Source of the DNA: Chthoniobacteraceae bacterium
Lineage (GTDB): Bacteria; Verrucomicrobiota; Verrucomicrobiia; Chthoniobacterales; Chthoniobacteraceae
NCBI GenBank assembly: GCA_031409335.1
Contig: JANNWY010000012.1
Coordinates: forward strand, 14,803 to 78,802
Direction: 5' to 3'
Length of the DNA: 64,000 bases
The position numbers and the translations under genes were made by a program. Of this stretch, positions 52,845 to 61,995 are shown one piece after another; the first letter of the stretch is position 1, and each line of letters begins with the position of its first letter. The notes beneath the pieces are model-generated. The model made no database searches and was not told the origin of the DNA. It saw nothing but the letters and a program-made list of their open reading frames with translations.

Positions 52845-54476
52845 GTGGCGCTGCCAAATCCCTTACCTGATAACCCGACCCGCTGGGACGGGTGGAAGAA
52901 TTACAACTCGTCGAACTACTACGAGCGGCTTTGCCTTGACTTCGACTCGAATGCGAACGCCGAGCAGATCGAGGACAACTGCCGCAAGCTGCTCGTCTGG
53001 TGGCAGAAAAAACTGCCGCTCAAGAACCAGCCGAGCAATCCCATCGCCCAAATCCTCCGCGGCGGGCTCGACGACGCGCCGCTGCGCCTCGCCGAGGCGC
53101 GCACGGAACTGCTCGATCCCGCGGCACGCGCGAAAATTGATTCCGAATTGCGCGGCAAGATCGTCGGCGCGGCAATCGAGGAATTCAAAAAGATCATCAA
53201 TTTTGCGCTCGCGGACAAAAAGCTGACGGAGGACGGCGAACGGCGGCTTTACGACGCAGGCCAGCGCACGGCGCTCAGCGCGGAAGAGACCAAAGCCGCG
53301 ATCGACTCGGAACTCGAGCGGCTCGGGGCGGTGCGTGTCAAAGATGCGCCCCCGCCCGTCGCCGCTCCCGTTTGGGTGCCAGCAGCCGCAAGCGCTGGCG
53401 CAGCGGATGGGTCGCGCGATCCGTCGGCGGAATTTCGCCGGCTGCTCCGCATGTCGCGCCTCGGCGATGAGGGTGGGGAAATGAGCGACGAACAGCGCGA
53501 CACGATGTGCAATCTCGGTGAAAGCCTTGGGCTGACTGGGGGCCAGGCTGAGGATTTGATCGACGAGTATCTCGAGGAAATGGAAGGAGGCGCCGCGTCT
53601 CCCGCTGCCGGCAAGGCCGCGCCAGTTTCACAAAAGCCCGCGCCCGTCGCCGCGAAAGCACCCGCCGCACCGGCTGCGCTGCCAAAGCCCACCACGATCA
53701 ATACGTCGCCGATCGCGCGATCGCAGGAGAAACTCAAATACCCGAACTTCACCAACTCCATCGGGGCTGAGATGTTCCTCATCACCAGCGGCACTTTTGC
53801 GATGGGCAGCACGGGTCCCGACGCGACTCCGCAGGAACAGCCCGTCTCGCTGGTCACGATCGGATGTTTCTACATGGCCCGCTACCCGGTGACGAATGAG
53901 CAGTACGAACGTTTCGACACCCAGCATCGCAACAAACGCGCTGCCGGGGCAGGCGAGCGCCACCCGGTTATCCAGGTGAGCAGCGCGGACGCGGAAAAAT
54001 TTTGTGTCTGGTTGAGCCAGCGGGATGGCCGCAAATACCGGCTGCCGACCGAGGCGGAATGGGAATACGCCGCCCGCGGGCTGGATGATCGCGCCTACCC
54101 GTGGGGCGAGGAATTGGATCAAAATATTTACGCAAATTTTGCCGACGTAAATACGAGTTTTCCCTGGCGCGATGTGACGCTCAACGACGGTTTTGCCGAA
54201 ACCGCCCCGGTCGGAAGTTACCCGCGTGGATCGAGCCCGTTTGGAATCGAGGATCTTTCCGGCAACGTTTTTGAATGGTGCTTCGACTACTACGAAGCCT
54301 ATCGCGGCAAGGACTCCGTCAACCGGCGGGGCCCGCTCCACGGCGCGCAGCGCATCTACCGGGGCGGCAGTTGGCGTTCAAAAGCATCGAGCCTGCGCGC
54401 CTCGGCCCGGCATTTTAACAATCCCGCCTGCTCCGCCAACGACGTCGGTTTCCGGCTCGTCTGCGAGGTGGAATGA
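52845..54476 (+). CDS. J-domain-like N-terminus, two helical repeats, SUMF1/FGE-sulfatase (C-type lectin fold) domain
   Basis: NYYERLCL..A..EQI...RKL...LLDPAARAKID; RLPTEAEWEYAARG, GNVFEW, RGGSW, GFR. Confidence 0.8.
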   Translation: MALPNPLPDNPTRWDGWKNYNSSNYYERLCLDFDSNANAEQIEDNCRKLLVWWQKKLPLKNQPSNPIAQILRGGLDDAPLRLAEARTELLDPAARAKIDSELRGKIVGAAIEEFKKIINFALADKKLTEDGERRLYDAGQRTALSAEETKAAIDSELERLGAVRVKDAPPPVAAPVWVPAAASAGAADGSRDPSAEFRRLLRMSRLGDEGGEMSDEQRDTMCNLGESLGLTGGQAEDLIDEYLEEMEGGAASPAAGKAAPVSQKPAPVAAKAPAAPAALPKPTTINTSPIARSQEKLKYPNFTNSIGAEMFLITSGTFAMGSTGPDATPQEQPVSLVTIGCFYMARYPVTNEQYERFDTQHRNKRAAGAGERHPVIQVSSADAEKFCVWLSQRDGRKYRLPTEAEWEYAARGLDDRAYPWGEELDQNIYANFADVNTSFPWRDVTLNDGFAETAPVGSYPRGSSPFGIEDLSGNVFEWCFDYYEAYRGKDSVNRRGPLHGAQRIYRGGSWRSKASSLRASARHFNNPACSANDVGFRLVCEVE

Positions 54477-54904
54477 CGTTCGCGGAATTCAGTCCCGGCA
54501 CGACCGCGTATGCGCAGGCGCGCGATTTGCGGGAAGCCGTGCTGCGGGCGCCGCTGGGGCTGTCGCTCACGGGCGAAGACCTCGCCGACGAAGCCAACTG
54601 CTGGCACCTCGGCGGCTTTGATGGCGAGCGGCTGATCGCCGTCCTATTGCTGCGACCGCTGGACGGACAGACCGTGAAAATGCGGCAGGTCGCGGTGCAT
54701 CCGAATTTTCAAAATCTCGGCGTCGGAAAACGACTCGTCGCCTTTGCCGAGCAGATCGCGGGGGAACGTGGCTACGAAAGGATGGTGGCGCACGCGAGGG
54801 AAACAGCCGTCGATTTTTACCGCACTGCCGGATACGCCACGGACGGCGAGACTTTCATCGAGACGACCATTCCGCACCGGCTCGTCACGAAGAAGCTGTG
54901 CTGA
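54473..54904 (+). CDS. GNAT N-acetyltransferase (ElaA-like)
   Basis: LREAVLR, MRQVAVHPNFQNLGVGKRL, FYRTAGY; ATGA overlap. Confidence 0.88.
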   Translation: MTFAEFSPGTTAYAQARDLREAVLRAPLGLSLTGEDLADEANCWHLGGFDGERLIAVLLLRPLDGQTVKMRQVAVHPNFQNLGVGKRLVAFAEQIAGERGYERMVAHARETAVDFYRTAGYATDGETFIETTIPHRLVTKKLC

Positions 54905-54910
54905 TCGCGG

Positions 54911-55378
54911 TCAGCGGCGTTCGCGAAAAAATGCCTGGAGCAGCTCCGCGCATTCGGCCTGCCGGACTCCCGCGGTGATTTCGCACGCGTGATTCAGCGC
55001 GGGATGCTGGAGCAGATTCATCACGCCCCCGGCGGCGCCGTCCTTTGTGGCGATGCAGCCAAAAATCACCCGCTTCATTCGCACATGCACCAGCGCCCCG
55101 GCGCACATCGGGCACGGTTCTTTGGTGACGTACAGTTCGCATTCATTCAGCCGCCAGTCGCCGATCACGCTTTCAGCCTGGGTGATGGCGAGCATCTCCG
55201 CGTGCGCGGTCGCGTCCTTCAGCGTCTCGACTTGATTGAACGCCCGCGCGATCACGCGCCCCTGGTACACGATGACCGCGCCGACCGGCACTTCCTCGCT
55301 TTCCCAAGCCCGGCGGGCCTGGCGCAGCGCTTCGCCCATAAAGTGCGCGTCGCTGTGAAGATCGATGATTTCATCCAT
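54911..55378 (-). CDS. tadA: tRNA adenosine deaminase
   Basis: EVPVGAV, HAE, EPCPMC. Confidence 0.93.
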   Translation of the reverse strand: MDEIIDLHSDAHFMGEALRQARRAWESEEVPVGAVIVYQGRVIARAFNQVETLKDATAHAEMLAITQAESVIGDWRLNECELYVTKEPCPMCAGALVHVRMKRVIFGCIATKDGAAGGVMNLLQHPALNHACEITAGVRQAECAELLQAFFRERR

Positions 55379-55464
55379 GATGGCAGGGTCGGAAAATATG
55401 GTTGCGCACGCAGGGAATTAAGCTACTTTTCCCGTCCCTTTCCACCACCAACCACTCGCGACCC

Positions 55465-55821
55465 ATGAATATCATCGACAAAATCGAACAGGAACAAATG
55501 AAGAAGGACGTGACGAAGTTCAACGTGGGAGACAGCGTGCGCGTCCACACCCGGGTCATCGAAGGCGACAAGGAACGCATCCAGATTTTCACCGGAATCG
55601 TCATCGCGCGCAAAGGCACGCAGTTGAATCAAACCCTGACGGTGCGGCGCATCAGCTACGGTGAAGGTGTCGAGCGCGTCTTCCCGATTCATTCGCCGAA
55701 AATCGCGAAAATCGAAGTGGAAACAGCCGGCACGGCGCGTCGTGCGAAGCTGAACTATCTCCGCAATCGGAAGGGCAAGCAGGCGATGGCGGTGCGCGAG
55801 AAGGCGCAGGCCAAGGTTTAG
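55465..55821 (+). CDS. rplS: 50S ribosomal protein L19
   Basis: [31 protein letters not shown]. Confidence 0.97.
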   Translation: MNIIDKIEQEQMKKDVTKFNVGDSVRVHTRVIEGDKERIQIFTGIVIARKGTQLNQTLTVRRISYGEGVERVFPIHSPKIAKIEVETAGTARRAKLNYLRNRKGKQAMAVREKAQAKV

Positions 55822-55855
55822 TTTTCGGGAAAAGCAACGCGCCGATTTCGCGGCG

Positions 55856-56476
55856 ATGAAGTGCAGTTTCCAGCACGAGGGCGGGCTTTATTCGCAAGGC
55901 CGCTTGTGCGTCGCTGGCATCGACGAAGCCGGTCGGGGCCCGCTCGCCGGCCCGGTGGTTGCGGCGGCAGTCGTGTTGCCGCGCGAATTCAGGCACAGCC
56001 TGCTCACCGACTCGAAAAAACTGTCGCATCGCGTTCGCGAAAATCTGCACGCCGAACTCGTGCGGGATCCCGGCGTGCGGTTCGGAGTGGCGGTGGTCGG
56101 GTCGGAGGAAATCGACCGGCTGAATATCCTGCGGGCGACGCACGAGGCGATGCGCCGCGCAGTGGCCGCGCTTTCGTGTGTGCCCGATCACGCGCTGATC
56201 GACGGCCTGCCGGTGCATCCGTTTCCCGTTTCACAAACCGCGCTCGTCGGCGGCGACGGCCTCAGTTTTAGCATCGCCGCCGCGAGCATCATCGCTAAGG
56301 TCACCCGCGATCGGTTGATGATCGAGCATGACGCGACGTTCCCCCAATATGCATTTGCCCAGCACAAAGGATATGGCACCGCGCTGCACCTCGAGCGTTT
56401 GAAAATGCATGGGCCTTGCGAACTCCATCGCCGCAGTTTTCTCCCGGTGCGCCAGGCGCTTCTGCGGCTCGGCTGA
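55856..56476 (+). CDS. rnhB: Ribonuclease HII
   Basis: GIDEAGRGPLAGPV, DSKKL, AASIIAKV, HKGYGT. Confidence 0.96.
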   Translation: MKCSFQHEGGLYSQGRLCVAGIDEAGRGPLAGPVVAAAVVLPREFRHSLLTDSKKLSHRVRENLHAELVRDPGVRFGVAVVGSEEIDRLNILRATHEAMRRAVAALSCVPDHALIDGLPVHPFPVSQTALVGGDGLSFSIAAASIIAKVTRDRLMIEHDATFPQYAFAQHKGYGTALHLERLKMHGPCELHRRSFLPVRQALLRLG

Positions 56477-56864
56477 GTCGATCGAAAACCGCAGCCACCG
56501 CCTCGGGCACCGCGGTGAGAACCTCGCCGCGCGGCATCTTCGGCGGAACGGATTCAAAGTGCTCTACCGGAACTTTCGCGCGCCGCGCGGCGGCGAAGTC
56601 GATATCGTCTGCCGCGATGGCGACGAGTTGGTTTTCGTCGAGGTGAAAACGCGAAGCACCCGCGACTTTGGCTCGCCGGCCTCCGCGGTGAACCGGGAAA
56701 AGCAGGCGCTCATCGCCCGCGGCGCGCTCGCCTGGCTGCGGCTGCTCGACAATCCCGACATCATCTTTCGCTTCGACATCGTGGAGGTCGTCATCGACGA
56801 CTCGGGCACGACTTTCAACATCGTCCGCGCCGCCTTTTCACTGCCAGAGCCGCACCGCTACTGA
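56409..56864 (+). CDS. yraN: YraN family PD-(D/E)XK protein
   Basis: GENLAA, GEVDIV, FVEVKTR, RFDIV; start uncertain. Confidence 0.88.
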   Translation: MGLANSIAAVFSRCARRFCGSAESIENRSHRLGHRGENLAARHLRRNGFKVLYRNFRAPRGGEVDIVCRDGDELVFVEVKTRSTRDFGSPASAVNREKQALIARGALAWLRLLDNPDIIFRFDIVEVVIDDSGTTFNIVRAAFSLPEPHRY

Positions 56865-56955
56865 TGCAGGCTCGCGCAGAGAGTGCGGATCCGACAGCCG
56901 GGAAAAGCGCGCGTTGCGAAATCCAAGCGTCCCGATCAACCTGAGTCCCCGCCTC

Positions 56956-58350
56956 ATGAAGCATCTCGTTTTTTTCCTCCTCTCAATCATCGGATTTTCT
57001 GCGGCAAACGCTGCGAAGCCAAATGTGCTCTGGCTGGTTGCGGAGGATTTCGGGCAGCATCTCGGATGCTACGGCACGAAGGAAGTGACCACGCCGAATC
57101 TTGACGCGCTCGCGGCGAAAGGCGTGCGCTTCACCCGCTTTTTCACGACTGCGCCGGTGTGTTCGCCGAGCCGCAGCGCGCTGATGACGGGCATGTATCA
57201 GACGACGATTGGCGCGCATCAGCATCGCACGGCGGAGAAGGACAAACCCGGCCTGCCGGACGGTGTGAAAGTGCTCACGGACTGGCTGCGGGAAGCGGGG
57301 TATTTCACGGCGAATGTCCGGCAGTTTCCCGCTTCGTTCGACTTCAAGGGCACGGGTAAAACGGACTGGAATTTCAAATACGCGGGCAAACCGTTCGACT
57401 CGGATGCGTGGACCGATTTGAAGACCCATCAGCCGTTTTACGCGCAGGTGAATTTTCAGCAGACGCACCGCGAATTCGCCGGGCCAAAAAAAGCCGATCC
57501 CGCGAAAGTCGAGCTTCCGCCTTACTATCCAGACCATCCGGTCGTGCGCGAAGACTGGGCGCGATATCTCGACGCGGCGATGGAACTCGACCGCAGAGTC
57601 GGCGTGATTCTCCAGCAACTCGAAGCCGAAGGATTGGCGGAAAACACCATCGTCGTGTTCTTCGGCGACAACGGGCAGGCGCATGTGCGCGGCAAGCAAT
57701 TTTGCTATGACAGCGGGCTGCTCGTGCCGCTCATCGTCCATTGGCCGTCGGCGCTGAATCCTCCAGCCGACTACAAAGCGCAAACGGTGAGCGCCCGCCT
57801 CCTCGAAGCCACCGACCTCACCGCGCAGACGCTCGCCTGGGCGGGAGTCGCGAAGCCTGCGGCGATGCAGGGCCGCGTGTTCCTCGGTGCAAACGCCGAG
57901 CCCGCGCGGGAAATCGCATTCGGGGCGCGGGATCGGTGCGACCAGACGGCATTCCGTTTTCGCACCGCCCGCGATGCCCGCTACCGCTACATCCGCAACT
58001 TCACGCCAGATCGCCCGCTCATGCTGCGGAGCGACTACAAAGCGAAGCAGTATCCCGCGTGGAATCTTATCAAGCAGCTCGGTCGCGATGGAAAGCTGAC
58101 GACCGAAGCGCAAAGATTCCTCGTCGCGCCAACCATGCCGGAGGAGGAACTCTACGACACCGTCGCCGATCCCCATGAGACGGTGAACCTCGCCTCTTCC
58201 ACAAAACCGGACGACCAAGCGGCATTGAAGCATCTGCGCGATGCGGTCGCACAATGGATCATCGACACCAAGGACCGCGGCCAGAACGACGACTATAGAT
58301 ATGATAAGGCGTGGGCTGCCGAAGGCGCCACGATCGGTCCGCAATACTGA
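56956..58350 (+). CDS. Secreted sulfatase
   Basis: KPNVLWL..ED, CSPSR, GDNG, EELYD. Confidence 0.92.
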   Translation: MKHLVFFLLSIIGFSAANAAKPNVLWLVAEDFGQHLGCYGTKEVTTPNLDALAAKGVRFTRFFTTAPVCSPSRSALMTGMYQTTIGAHQHRTAEKDKPGLPDGVKVLTDWLREAGYFTANVRQFPASFDFKGTGKTDWNFKYAGKPFDSDAWTDLKTHQPFYAQVNFQQTHREFAGPKKADPAKVELPPYYPDHPVVREDWARYLDAAMELDRRVGVILQQLEAEGLAENTIVVFFGDNGQAHVRGKQFCYDSGLLVPLIVHWPSALNPPADYKAQTVSARLLEATDLTAQTLAWAGVAKPAAMQGRVFLGANAEPAREIAFGARDRCDQTAFRFRTARDARYRYIRNFTPDRPLMLRSDYKAKQYPAWNLIKQLGRDGKLTTEAQRFLVAPTMPEEELYDTVADPHETVNLASSTKPDDQAALKHLRDAVAQWIIDTKDRGQNDDYRYDKAWAAEGATIGPQY

Positions 58351-58618
58351 CTTCTCGCCATCCATGCCGACGAATGTGTGGTCCGGTATTTTTGCGCCGT
58401 CTCGAGGACGACCGATCAGTTGAAGCACACCGAGACAGGAACAGATCACAGCCTGGCTTCTTCCTCTTGTTCTTCCTCCTTGCGTGACAGGAAAAGAAGA
58501 AGAGAAAGAGTGGCAAGCTATGACGAGTGCGGGCTAAACCTCAGTTCTGCTGCACACATGCACGGTTGACCCTTTCTTGCAGCAAGGGTGCCGCCAGGCC
58601 GGATTAAGACGGCGCTCG

Positions 58619-59200
58619 CTAACCGAGGAAGTGCTCCCAGTCGCGAACGCCGTGGTGGTTGCGGATCAGCGCGCTCGCCGGCACCACGCGTGGCGCGACG
58701 GGCTGCTTGCGCAGTCGCAGGCCAGCTTCGTGCGGCAGGCGGTCGGCCTTGCGCGAGTTCACTTCCCGGTGCGCGAGCACGCAGTTGTCCCATGACGTCT
58801 TTCCGCCGCGCGAGCGTGGGACGACGTGATCAATGTTGCCTTCCTTCGGCGCGAGTTTGCGGCCGGTGTATTGGCAGACGCCGCCGTCGCGCTCCCAAAT
58901 GCCACGCGCGCCGAAACGCGGGCGGCGCATCGGGACTTTGGCGTAGTTGGCGGCGACGATGACGGTCGGCACGCGGACGGGGCCGCGCGGAGTGTTCACC
59001 GCGTTGTCGTGCTCGCGGACGGGCAGCTTCAGCCAGTCGTCCCAGCGCACGGGCGAAATGTATTCGTCGCTTTGAACGTCGAGCGCGGTCGCAGCGCCGC
59101 TGGCGATCATGCAGAACGCCTCGGCTGGCGTCTTCACATGGATCGCCTGCCAGTGCCGGTTCAGCACCAGCACGGTCGATTTGTTGAGGATGTCATTCAT
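58619..59200 (-). CDS. HNH endonuclease (McrA-like)
   Basis: VLVLN, RDGGVCQYTG, IDHVVPRSRGG..W.N, N..KAD. Confidence 0.9.
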   Translation of the reverse strand: MNDILNKSTVLVLNRHWQAIHVKTPAEAFCMIASGAATALDVQSDEYISPVRWDDWLKLPVREHDNAVNTPRGPVRVPTVIVAANYAKVPMRRPRFGARGIWERDGGVCQYTGRKLAPKEGNIDHVVPRSRGGKTSWDNCVLAHREVNSRKADRLPHEAGLRLRKQPVAPRVVPASALIRNHHGVRDWEHFLG

Positions 59201-59225
59201 TTGAAAAGTGAGTGTTGAGAGTGAT

Positions 59226-59259
59226 GCGGAGGCGAGACGGGTTGGCGTCCCGCCTCCGC
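59226..59259. other. Strong hairpin between rtcB and HNH
   Basis: GCGGAGGCGAGACG-GGTTGG-CGTCCCGCCTCCGC. Confidence 0.6.
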
Positions 59260-59264
59260 GGTGG

Positions 59265-60647
59265 TCAGTCTTCGGCGCGGTCGCCGGCTGGGCACATCTT
59301 CACGAGCTTCGGATCGAACTGGCCGAGGACTTCGACCAGATCGGTCTGCGCGGCCATGACGGCGTGGATGTCCTTATAGACACTCGGCACCTCATCGAGG
59401 CCGGCGGAGAGCAGTTCGACACCGCGCTCGGCGAGCAGCTTCTTGGTCGCGCTCCAGGTGAAGCTCTGCATCGCCTTGGTCCGGCTCATCACGCGGCCCG
59501 CGCCGTGCGACGCGCTGTTGAGCGACTCGGGCGAACCCTTGCCGCGCACGACGTAGCCGGGCGACGCCATCGAGCCGGGGATGATCCCGAGCACGCCGGC
59601 ACCCGCGGGCGTTGCGCCTTTGCGATGCACGATCACCTCGCGTCCGCCGTGGGTTTCTTTCCACGCGAAGTTGTGGTGATTCTCGATGTCGAGCACTCGG
59701 TGCGCGCCGAGCTTGCGCCCGATGTGGTGGTGGATGAGCGCGTGATTCGCTGCTGCGTAGCGGCCCATCAAGTTCATGGCGGCCCAGTATTCCTGGCCGT
59801 CAGCATCGTCGAGGGACAGCCACGCGAGGTGCTTGAGTTCCTTCGGCAAGTGCTCGTGGCGGGCCATCGCGCGCTTGCTGTAAAAGTCGCACACCTGCGC
59901 GCCCGTGCCGCGCGAACCCGAGTGCGTGAGCAGCGCGAGGTATTCGCCCGGCTCAAGCCCGAGATCGTTTTGCTCGACCGTGAACGCGCCGAACTCGACG
60001 AAGTGGTTGCCGCTTCCGCTCGTGCCGAGTTGCGACCACGCCTTGTCGCGCAGGCGCTGCGTCACTGGCGAGACGGTCCAGTCTTCGTCCATCACGTCGT
60101 GTTCGCGGCGGTCCTTAAACGAGCAACCCATGCCGAAGCGCGTCTCACTCTCGATGAGATTCGCGAGACGGTCGCGCTGGCCGGCGAGGGTGTTCGCCTT
60201 GCGGTCATAGACGGTGAGCTTCATGCGGCACGCGATGTCCACGCCGACGGCGTAAGGGATCACCGCGTTGTCCGTCGCGAGCACGCCGCCGATCGGCAGG
60301 CCGTAGCCCACGTGCGCGTCCGGCATGAGCGCGCCCGCCACCGCGACCGGCAGCGCACACGCATTGGCCATCTGCTTCACCGCCTCGGCTTCGAGCCCCT
60401 CGCCCCACTGGCGCCAAGGCGCGAGTTCCGCGCGCGGCGTGAACGCCGGGCGATAGATCGCGCGGGCGAGCGGCGCACGCAGCTCATCGGCGAAGAACGC
60501 CGGCGGATTGGCGACGACGTTGAAAATCTCGCCCTCAAGCAGCGCGCCGTCATTGCCCTGGGCGATGAAGTTCTGAATGAACTCGTGCGCGAGCTTGATC
60601 GGCTCGCCGACAAGCACGCCGAGGCGGATGAGGTCTTTGGTGTTCAT
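59265..60647 (-). CDS. rtcB: RNA 3'-phosphate/5'-OH ligase with N-terminal helical extension
   Basis: MPDAHVGYG, GVDIAC, GSGNHF, HSGSRG, HHN, HRKGA, PGSM, SHGAGR. Confidence 0.95.
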   Translation of the reverse strand: MNTKDLIRLGVLVGEPIKLAHEFIQNFIAQGNDGALLEGEIFNVVANPPAFFADELRAPLARAIYRPAFTPRAELAPWRQWGEGLEAEAVKQMANACALPVAVAGALMPDAHVGYGLPIGGVLATDNAVIPYAVGVDIACRMKLTVYDRKANTLAGQRDRLANLIESETRFGMGCSFKDRREHDVMDEDWTVSPVTQRLRDKAWSQLGTSGSGNHFVEFGAFTVEQNDLGLEPGEYLALLTHSGSRGTGAQVCDFYSKRAMARHEHLPKELKHLAWLSLDDADGQEYWAAMNLMGRYAAANHALIHHHIGRKLGAHRVLDIENHHNFAWKETHGGREVIVHRKGATPAGAGVLGIIPGSMASPGYVVRGKGSPESLNSASHGAGRVMSRTKAMQSFTWSATKKLLAERGVELLSAGLDEVPSVYKDIHAVMAAQTDLVEVLGQFDPKLVKMCPAGDRAED

Positions 60648-60856
60648 GGTTTTGGTTGTGTTGAAAATGGTGGGCGTCGGGTGTGGGCACACTGCAAGTG
60701 CGGAGCAGCGGTGTTTGTTCTTTTTGTCGAAGGATACAGCCAGGAAGCGCCGTTTCCTGTTCGCCGATCGAGTCCGAACCTTTTCCATTGGAATTTACGG
60801 CTTCAGCAACGAGACGCTTCTCGACTCTGAACCTCGCCAGCTTTATCAATCCGCCG

Positions 60857-61060
60857 ATGCGAAACGCTCAAGCCTTTCACGAACCGCTCCGCCCCGGCGA
60901 CGCCACCGAGCGAACGATCGGCTGCCGCCATACGAATCCGGACATTTGCGCCAAGAATCGCACTCCCGGTGTGTGTGCGTTCGTGCGTGCGGATAGGGTC
61001 TGTATGTGCCCTCCGAAATCGTGGGCGAAGCAGTTCGCAAAGTTGAAGGCACAGAAATAA
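60857..61060 (+). CDS. Small Cys-rich protein (67 aa) leading the R-M cassette
   Basis: MRNAQAFHEPL...GCRHTNPDICAKN...VCAFVRADRVCMCPPKSWAKQF; ends 6 bp before the REase start. Confidence 0.65.
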   Translation: MRNAQAFHEPLRPGDATERTIGCRHTNPDICAKNRTPGVCAFVRADRVCMCPPKSWAKQFAKLKAQK

Positions 61061-61066
61061 ACCACG

Positions 61067-61984
61067 GTGGAACTTTCAATCATCACAGAAGCGGACATCC
61101 GGCGGCGAACCTTCTGGGTCGCGGAGATCAAAAAGCTGAGCGGCAATTTCGGCGACAATTTCAGCAGGCTTAGCAGGGAATTGAAGGCTGAGGTTGCCAA
61201 AGATGGGACTGCCGCAGTGCTCGCGCACTTGCGGCTCTGCGGTGCTATCCCCGAGGACTACGGCCACGACAGCAGCGAGGAAAAGCTCTACTCGAAATAC
61301 ACGGATGCCGTCCTTGCCCATGCATTCAGCCACCTTGGTCTGAAAAGCCTCGTGTTACAGGAGCGAGCCGATTCCGCGGATGTGGAGTGCGTTGCCGGAG
61401 ATTATAGTTTCGTCGCAGATGCAAAAGCCTTCCGCCTGAGCAGGACCGCCAAGAATCAAAAGGATTTCAAGGTGCAGGCGATGGATGGGTGGAAGCATGG
61501 AAAGCCCTACGCAATTGTCGTCTGCCCTGTTTACCAACTGCCGGCGCGGGCCAGCCAGATTTACCAGCAGGCCATCGCGAGAGATGTGTGCGTGTTCACT
61601 TATTCCCACCTTGCCGTGCTCGTTCAATTGGCGAAAAGCCGGGGTGAGGCTGTTGCAATCGACGCGTTGAAGAAAGTTTTGGCATGCATCGCCGCGCTCA
61701 ACCCGACCAAAGATGCGACGCAATATTGGACGGCTATCAATCGAACGATGCTGGACGCAGACAAAGCCGTGGTCGGCATCTGGCAGAAAGAAAAGCTAGC
61801 CGCCCTCGATTCGATAGCCGCCGCAAAGGAGGAGGCGCTGATCGATCTCGCGCGAGAGCGCGAACGCATTATGCGTCTTTCCCACGAAGTCGCCATTGAG
61901 GAACTCGTGGCGAAACACAAGATCACCAGTCGCGAGCAGATCGTGCGCGCGGTGGCTGATTCCGGCATTCTTACCTTTGCGTAG
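61067..61984 (+). CDS. HindIII-family type II restriction endonuclease
   Basis: CGAIPEDYGHDSSEEKLYSKYTD, ADVE, ADAKAFRLSRTAKNQKDFKV. Confidence 0.88.
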   Translation: MELSIITEADIRRRTFWVAEIKKLSGNFGDNFSRLSRELKAEVAKDGTAAVLAHLRLCGAIPEDYGHDSSEEKLYSKYTDAVLAHAFSHLGLKSLVLQERADSADVECVAGDYSFVADAKAFRLSRTAKNQKDFKVQAMDGWKHGKPYAIVVCPVYQLPARASQIYQQAIARDVCVFTYSHLAVLVQLAKSRGEAVAIDALKKVLACIAALNPTKDATQYWTAINRTMLDADKAVVGIWQKEKLAALDSIAAAKEEALIDLARERERIMRLSHEVAIEELVAKHKITSREQIVRAVADSGILTFA

Positions 61985-61995
61985 CAGGACTCGTT

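Noticed and set aside
53730..54476. SUMF1 domain as a DGR target or as the FGE activating the nearby sulfatase
   Set aside because: No reverse transcriptase or template repeat seen; catalytic Cys pair absent.
60648..60856. tRNA or Y-RNA between rtcB and the R-M cassette
   Set aside because: No T-loop or cloverleaf pattern found by eye.
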